37,672 nucleotides of DNA from positions 1 through 37,672 of IMG/VR virus record IMGVR_UViG_3300020397_000420. One strand, written 5' to 3'. Shown piece after piece: positions 25,570 to 33,700 of the stretch. Source of the DNA: a virus (lineage: Duplodnaviria; Caudoviricetes). Below the pieces are notes generated by a model. It saw only the letters and a program-made list of their open reading frames with translations. It was not told the DNA's origin and did no database searches. Position 1 is the first letter of the stretch. Each line of letters starts with the position of its first letter. The position numbers and the translations under genes are program-made.

Positions 25570-27657
25570 ATGATTTTCGGTATTGGAGAAATCCAGAAAG
25601 GAATGAATGAGAGCGATGATCGCTATCAAACCAAACGGCTTGCCAATCTCAGACTTTATAATCTTTTTAAAGAAACTTTTCCTACGGCCTCAATAACCGA
25701 CCATCAAAACTTTATTAACAACATGGCTGGTGGTGACCGTTATTTGAGAGGTCAGCTTCCATCAGAAAATGCCCTGCTTGCCTATGACCGGGAACGCACA
25801 CGCCTCACTAGAGAACGAGAGGAAGATAGAAAGTATCAGGAGTTTACCCGTCAGGTAAAAATGAACCAAGACCTTGATAATATTATTTCTGGCCTAGCTG
25901 AAACTGGCATTGACGCACCGGATATAGAGAAAAATATTTTTGCAAGGTTTGGCAAAGATTCACAGATAGGACGAATGTTTGACAAGCGTTTCGTAAATAA
26001 TCTGCCAGCCCTAACATCTAGGATAACAGAGGCAAGAATAAATAAGTCCAATAAAATATTTGAAAGTGTTAAAGGGTTGCAGTTGGATAAGGCTGGAATG
26101 CAAGCTTATCTAGAAAATATAAATATAAAGCCAGAGAGCGCAATCGGCAAACAAGTGATTGCAGCAAATACCGCGCATCACCAATCTCGACAAAAACAAG
26201 AACTGCTTAGAAATAAAACTATGCTGGAGTCTCTACCTAATGTTGTACAGGCGGCAATGTCTGGAGATCAAAAAGCAGTTGTTACAGCATTGAAAACTAA
26301 CGCTTCGGTTTACAATCTCAGCCCGACTGATGAGCAATTAAATAACATGGCTGCTAATGCAATTGCTACAGCTAAACAACAAACTGGCACAAGGCAAGCA
26401 GAAGCACTGCGACTTCTACAGCCAACAGTCAAAACAATTCAGCAACAATTGGCTCTTGGAACAATCACAGTTAATGAAGCTGAAGCGCAAATAAAACAGC
26501 AACTTGTAGGTAATTACCCGCAATCGGAAAGAGAAAACATCGCTAAACTAGCATTGCAACAAGCGCAAGATCAGTCAGAAATAACGATGGAAACCACCTT
26601 TAGACAAAAACAAGCTGAAGCGATTGAACAAGCAGAAGCGCAAACGAAAGAAGCAAGAGACTACACAACGCAAAAGGTTGCCGAAAAACAAGGAACTGAA
26701 GTGGCTCTTATAATTCAACCTGGCGACGATGGTCTTGATGATGCCGCACCCACTGATGAGAAAGCACCTATAAATATAGCAAGAAGCACTTTGGGGGCTA
26801 TTGCAAGCAGTCTTATAACCCAAGGCATGACACCTCAAGATATAACAAAGGCTATACAATTTATAAGGCAAAAATTCAGAACACCTTTTGCGAATATAAC
26901 CGCCCAAGATATACGGGGAGCAGCGCAGCAGCTGAACTTGCCGACCTCTTGGAATGCAAGGCAAACGCAATTACAGATCGAAAAGACTAATAAGCTTATT
27001 GATCCAGAGCCGTCGAGCAAGATAATTGATGAAGCGACAAAGCAGTATAGTGTACATGAAAAAGGCTTGGCTGATCTTTTAGCTGATGCAGCAAACGAAG
27101 ATAAAACAGAGATGGAAATAAATGCGAACAGGGATAATATCGTTACAAGGATTAAAAACAACATTGCTGAACTCAAGCAGTACAAAAACAACCCGCGCTA
27201 TGTCTTCGATAGAGATAAGGATTTCGATGCAAAAATAGATGGCCTTATAATTCAGTACGAACAAATCAAGGGTCTCGTTTCTAGTACTGTGTCAGCCGCC
27301 ACAAAGAAAAGGCAAGCGGAGGTCAGGGCACTTACTGTGAATGCATCGGGTGGTTCTGCGAATACAACCCCAGTTGAGTTTAGGCGGGCTGTTGAAGCGC
27401 AAATAAAAAACATTACAGAGGCGTATCTGGTGTCTCCTCAAAAACAAGTTGATGTAATGATGCAAGCGCAACGCGAACAATTGCATAGGCGTCCTGGCTT
27501 CGAAAGACTGCGAAACATATTGGAGCGTCCTTTGTCACGCTCAATGGTCGGAGCTTTTAGAGCGGAGATAAGAAGGATTATAGAAGACAAAAAGAATTTG
27601 CTCATCAAGTCACAACAACTTGAGGCTCAAGCGAATGCAAGAAACAAGATACAATAA
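25570..27657 (+). CDS. internal virion protein (helical, Q/A/K-rich)
   Basis: 695 aa long ORF between pilot-like and giant internal proteins. Confidence 0.7.
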   Translation: MIFGIGEIQKGMNESDDRYQTKRLANLRLYNLFKETFPTASITDHQNFINNMAGGDRYLRGQLPSENALLAYDRERTRLTREREEDRKYQEFTRQVKMNQDLDNIISGLAETGIDAPDIEKNIFARFGKDSQIGRMFDKRFVNNLPALTSRITEARINKSNKIFESVKGLQLDKAGMQAYLENINIKPESAIGKQVIAANTAHHQSRQKQELLRNKTMLESLPNVVQAAMSGDQKAVVTALKTNASVYNLSPTDEQLNNMAANAIATAKQQTGTRQAEALRLLQPTVKTIQQQLALGTITVNEAEAQIKQQLVGNYPQSERENIAKLALQQAQDQSEITMETTFRQKQAEAIEQAEAQTKEARDYTTQKVAEKQGTEVALIIQPGDDGLDDAAPTDEKAPINIARSTLGAIASSLITQGMTPQDITKAIQFIRQKFRTPFANITAQDIRGAAQQLNLPTSWNARQTQLQIEKTNKLIDPEPSSKIIDEATKQYSVHEKGLADLLADAANEDKTEMEINANRDNIVTRIKNNIAELKQYKNNPRYVFDRDKDFDAKIDGLIIQYEQIKGLVSSTVSAATKKRQAEVRALTVNASGGSANTTPVEFRRAVEAQIKNITEAYLVSPQKQVDVMMQAQREQLHRRPGFERLRNILERPLSRSMVGAFRAEIRRIIEDKKNLLIKSQQLEAQANARNKIQ

Positions 27658-27662
27658 ATAAC

Positions 27663-27694
27663 GGGACGACAGTTTCCTAAAAATAACTCAGAAA
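27663..27694 (+). promoter_or_regulatory. GGGACGAC motif copy 8, upstream of the giant virion protein
   Basis: GGGACGAC 27663-27670, 18 nt spacer, CAGAAA 27689-27694. Confidence 0.55.
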
Positions 27695-27728
27695 GAGTTA
27701 ATAACAACGGAAACTGGAGTACCGTGCT

Positions 27729-30700
27729 TTGAAGAGTTTTACCCCCTATACATACGATGATGTCCAGAAGGAATCGGAAGTAACCCGAAATGCTTTTGCT
27801 TCACCAAAAGCTGGATATCTACAAAACTTCGATCCTAAAACAGTCCTCAAAGATCCTGACTTTCTTAACGACTTACGGGATGTCTATGCTCAAAAAGGCG
27901 AATTCCACACAAGTGACAAAGATCTTGTCGATAGTTTCTTCAGCGATAAGGCTTGGCAAGAATTTAACTCTGTAGCCCTAGCAAAGGGTGTTTATGACTC
28001 GTATGCAGCCGACGATGCCATCAAAGAAAAGATGGCGAGAATACAAGCTGTCTACGATCAGTTTCCAAACTTCTGGGAAGAAGGAGGTCGCTCTGCTTTT
28101 GATGCTTTGAGTGACGCTGTCCCAGCAGCCATACTCGATCCTATTAACTTAATACCCTTCGGCAAGGCGGCTGTTATAGGTAAGGCTGCCGCAAAGGCTG
28201 GTAAATCTGCATTCTGGGCTGGTGCCAGAGATGGTGCCGTGAAAGTTGGTACTGTTGAAACTGCTATTGGTGCAGGGTTTGGTGTAGGCGAGGAACTCAG
28301 GCGGGTAGAAACTGGTCAGACGGAAGAGGTTAGCCTAGGCAATATTGCATTATCAACAATCCTTGGCGGGGCGTTGGGTGGTTTACTTGGTGGCGGCATT
28401 GGCGGTATTGCGTCAAAAATAACAGGTGACCAGACCAGACAAATCATCGCAAGAAAAGCTTTTCTGGAAGAGCAGCTTCCAAAACTCTCTGGTAAGGAAC
28501 AGGCAGATGCTGTCACAGAAATAGGTCAAATCAATCAGATACTCGACAGTGCAGATCCTAATTTCGTGCCCGAAGAAAGACTAGCTCTTCCAAAGATGGA
28601 ACAGGCTGATGCACAGGTACAAGACTTTCGCACAGCACAAGCAGTTGAAGCAGAAGATGCCGCAATGCTCGATGAGCTTGCACCTTCTATGGAGGATATT
28701 GGTGATCAGAATTTAGATCGATTAGCTGAAAGCATCAGAGTAGAGATCGACCAAATTGAAAAACAAATGGGTCTAAGGCCGGGCGCATTGGGCACACCGG
28801 AACAAGCCGCTGCTTACAAGGGTGATGCTGAAAGATTTAGCCAAGAGCTTTTTGACAGATACGAAGCACTACAAAAACAACTGGTCAATATCAGTACGGC
28901 AAAGCAGACCAAAGGTCTTGCGGATGCGTTACGCACAGAAGCACAAAAAGCAGCCGATAAGGGTAACGTCACAAAAGCACAAGAGCTAAACACAAAAGCC
29001 GCACAAGCTGAAGCTAACTGGAAGTTTTACTCGACTGCAACAGATCTGCGAGAACTCGATGGTAAACTTCGTGCAGATTTTATAGTTGGTGATGAGGTCA
29101 TTCCAGAACGTGTCGCAACTGAAATGCAAGAGGTTGCTGCTGAAAATGCCAAGAAGAAAGCTATCGAAGAGCAAAACCAAGAATTCTTTAATCGCATGGA
29201 TGAAGAGACACAAGCAGCTTGGAACAGCCTAGATGATGGTAGTGCAGAGAGGGCCGCTTTTCTTGATAGTGTCATAGCCCAGATGGGGGAAGACCTCGCG
29301 GCTCTTCGCAATAACAATCTCCCTGATCAGAATTTTGGGTCCGGCAAGAAGAAAACTCTCGATGTTGTTGACGGTAAACCAGTAGAAACTAGGTTTATGA
29401 CAGAGGAAGAGGTTTCTTCTGTAACTAAAAAACTTGATGACTTCATTAAAGAACAGGCTGAAGCACAAAAAGCATTAAGAGCAAAAGAAGAGCCAAAGCC
29501 AGCCGCACCAGAACAGGTAATTCCAGAAGACCCTGACTTTAAAGGTGTAAAATTCAAGAAAGCTAAAAAAGCAAAACCCGAACAGCCCAGCCTTGTCTTT
29601 GATCCAGTCACGAAAGGTTATGTCAGCCCAGATGATATTGCTTCCCGGGAAGCGGCAGCAGAGGCAACACCGGAGGCCGTCGAGGAGACAGCTACACCAG
29701 CAATAGCTGAAGAAGATATCAAGGTAAAGTTTAAGCAAATAAGGGTTGGAGAAGTAACAGAGTATGAGCCTGTCATTACTGTGAAAGGTCAGCGTGTTTA
29801 CCTTTCTGAAATGACCAGTGATTTTAGAATATCCCGAAGTATGGACAAGGGTAAGCCTAAATGGTCATACGAGGGCACAGGATCGAGTCGTCTGGATGAA
29901 GCAAAAGCAAGCGTCGAGGGAGCAATAATAGACGGCCTGTTGAGCGGTGATGAAGGCTTTATCATCACAGGGAAAACAGATGCTGGCACCTTGGTAGATC
30001 CCGGCCCACTACCGGAGGGCTATGTCTATGCAATCATGGATGGTGGAGACACAAGAAGAGCAGCAGAATACCAAATGATGGATCTTGCGGATGGTAAATA
30101 CGAAAGTCCTGTAGATCTTCTCAAAGTTATGGCGGGCAGAAATGCGGGCAATAACTGGGAGGTCGGTTTCGTTCCAGAGGGCACAACTCCAAACCAAAGA
30201 GATTTCGCTGATATCTTTATCAAATCCGCTGATGACGTACCAGGTGATAAGTCCGACGCAATATACAATTTCAACCTAAGTACTCGCGATAGTTTGCCAA
30301 CACTACAACAGTTGAACGAACAGAACACTATGGTTGATCTGGGTAACTATTCATCTGTTGGGTTCGACGGGAGAAAAAGGGATTATCCTAATCTTGCGGC
30401 TGGCAATAAAACAGCCCCGATTGCAGAGGTCGTCAACAGGATAGGAGAACTAGAAAACAGAACTGTCTCTACTAGAAGAAACACTATGCTACGAACACAG
30501 GAAGAGCTTGACCAACTCTATGCAGCTCTTCCAGCTTACAAACTTAGCGAACAAACAAAGGCGAGTGCAGTTGATCAACTTATTGGTGAGACAGGTGTTT
30601 TAAGTAATGCAGCTCCCGAATCAGTTGCAACAATTAGAGACCTATTAAGGCGTGTTGCTAATCGTGATGGTGTCTTGCCGGAGTTTGCAAAAGGAAAGAA

Positions 30701-33700
30701 ATCACAATTCGTTAGAAAGTCGGACGGTTCCAGCGTCATTGAATTGAACCCAAAAGATAATTCTGGGGCGCATTCTGTAGGGCACGAATTATTTCATTGG
30801 ATGTATGCAAACATTCTTACTCCTAGTGAAAAGAGCGAACTCAATAACATAGTCATTAACGCCATCTACGATGCGGATGGAAATCTTGACCTGACAAAAA
30901 TGCAAGAGATGTCACCTCTTCCGCTTAGAGTTGGAGACAGGGTAGCTATAGATGGTTCTCTTTTCCTTGAGCTTACTTCTGGTAAAGGTAAAGCCCAGCA
31001 AATCAGCAGCAACTCTGTAGAAGAAATACTGGCTAGTCAGTTTAATTTATATCTTTTCTCTGAACTTCCCGAACAGGCAAATGTCTTCCAGAAAATAGCG
31101 AGATACATTTCCGCTATCATCGATAGATTTCTAGACGGCAAAAGATTAGATCCAGATTTAGCTGATCGCTTTAACAGGTTTCTGCCAGAGGCTGCTCAAA
31201 ACAAAATGCGGGGAGCAAAGCCAGCCAGTACGACTGTTGGCAAACAGATCGAAGCAAGTTTTGATCAGCTATACAACTTACGAGAGAGCCTTGAAAAGGC
31301 GATGGCTAACCCTGGTGGGGTTACTAAAACTCGTATCATCGAACATATCCAGAATGTTGCCAAGCTTGCAAATGACGGAGATATAGGTGGTGCATTACAA
31401 GATGCTGGTATGATCGACATAATGAAGCTGGCGGCCGCTGACATAGGAGATTCGGCTGCAGTCCTAGGTATGGCTAACCGGATCATAGATGCCCACGATG
31501 TACTAGAAGAAAAACTCATGGCCTCATTTGTCGAGGTTGAAGGGGCAAAGCTTGCACCAGCTTGGCCTAGAGGCACCCCAAATGCTGAAGGGACCAGTAA
31601 GCTAGGATCACATGCGGCTAACGCACAACAAGATATGGCTGAATTAAGAGCAAGTTTGAAAGAAGGTTTCGAAGCCGCTAGGGCATCTGGTGACAGGCAA
31701 GAAATGGAGAGTGTTTTTCTTGCTATTGCTCCCACTATCGAGAGCTATAGAACCTTCGATATGTTCCGCAACATGAAAGTCAGAGACCCGAAGGGCGAGG
31801 CTCATCCATTAGGTCGCAGAGATGGGTATATGTATGAATTAAAAAATCGTATATACGCATATGGTCAGGCTCCAGCATCCCGCGACAAAGATGCGATTGC
31901 TCAGTTATCTGATCGCGGTTATAGAGCGGAAGCTATGTTGCTCTACAAAGAAGTAGACGACGTTATAAGGCAATTGCACCCTTCTTTCGTTAATATCACA
32001 CGAAAAAACAAAAACTCTGTTTCAAAAAAAGCAGCGGAGAAAGTCTCCAAGGCCAAGTCTGCGAAGAAAACTGCTGCAAAGAAAACTTTAACTGAAAGAA
32101 AAAAAGCAGAAAAATCTGATGTAAGTGTAGACGCAAGACTGCGAACTCTAACGCCAGAAATGGTTGACCGCGAACTGTTAACTTCCAGCACTGATAAACG
32201 TGCTGCCGACATCGGTGCAGAGCTTGAGCGTCGAGAGGCTGCCCAAGTTCCAGAAGGTTTGGAGCAAACACCTATCACCACCCGCAAGGTTTACAGTCTT
32301 ATAAGACAGGAAGACATGGAGTTTTCTGGGGTGCAAATCGAAGACGGTATTCCAAACAATGCACCGGCTATGGTCAGGGAATCCATTCGCAAGATCACAC
32401 ATCGAGACCCAGCTACACAACGCATGGCGCGGGGTATGATGCATCGTCTGATAAATATAGCAGATGGTGACCAGCTTAGATTAATGAATGTGGCAGAGGC
32501 CAGTCCAGATGTAGCTTATACCGGAGAGCCATTTAATTTACTCCGCAACGATTTACGTCAGCTTGCCCGAAGCATTGGTGGTACTGGAAAAACAAAAGTG
32601 CAGAATGCTAGAAGCGCATCTAAGAAGATTGCAGAACTCACACTTCGGGCATCGCCACCAACGGCAGACAGGTTTGCGGCTATAGAGGCCGCATATGAAT
32701 TTGCCGACGACGCTTTGAAGCAGGGTCGTAGTGCCTCACAGTGGTTTCAAGCACACCTTCAAAATGCCATCACTGGCAGAGGTGGAAGACGACCCTTCTT
32801 GGGTCCGAATGCTTTTGAGGCAAACGAAGCATTAGAAACAGCCGTCGAGAGTGCAGCCTATCTTACAAACGGGTTTATCAGAAAAGGCGAAATGCAATCA
32901 GCTATGAAGCCATTGCTTCAATATGGCGATATATTCGAAGGTGTGCCCTCCCCTCCTTCCCCGCGCAGACAAATCAACGAAAGAAGTTTTGTCGAGGGTG
33001 GATTGGGTGCAGATGAAAACGGAAAATCTATTGCATGGTTTCATGCTACTCCAAACACCCGACCATTCGGCTCCAGAGATTTTGTCTGGGAGGTAAGTCG
33101 CGCAATTGATAACCCACGATTTGGGCCAGGTATCTACCTTGGTCGAAGCCAAGAAAATCTGAAAAATATCTATGCAAAAAATCCAACGCTTGCCGCTATG
33201 ACAAGAATGATTGACAACATGGTGGCAGATGAAGACAAGGGATTTGCCGATCAGATAGCTTATGCTCTTTCATCTGCGCGAATGCAGATCAACGATATCA
33301 ATATGCAAATGACAAGACCAGAGAATGCAAACAGCAAGGCACTGGTCGAGGAATTAGGTTTGTTGAGAGATGCAGAAGAAGGTCTAGTGGAAACGCTATC
33401 GGAGATGGGAATAGAAACCATGCCCGGTGTGATAGAAACTAGAGTTCGTGCTGTAGCTCCCATCGACATACGGGAGGGAACAAAGTACAGCGTCCACCAT
33501 CCCGACATGAAGAACATGATGGATGTTACGATCACAAACGGTTTAGTGCCCGAAGAAAAAATCATAGACCTCACCAATGAGCTTGGTGCTATGACAGATG
33601 GATTTGAGGGTAGTTATCTATATAGCCGTCTTGTAGATGAAATTGCAGACACTCAACAAATTGGTGAGGGAGCGGCAAAGGGTGAGCTTACTGCCGCTTT

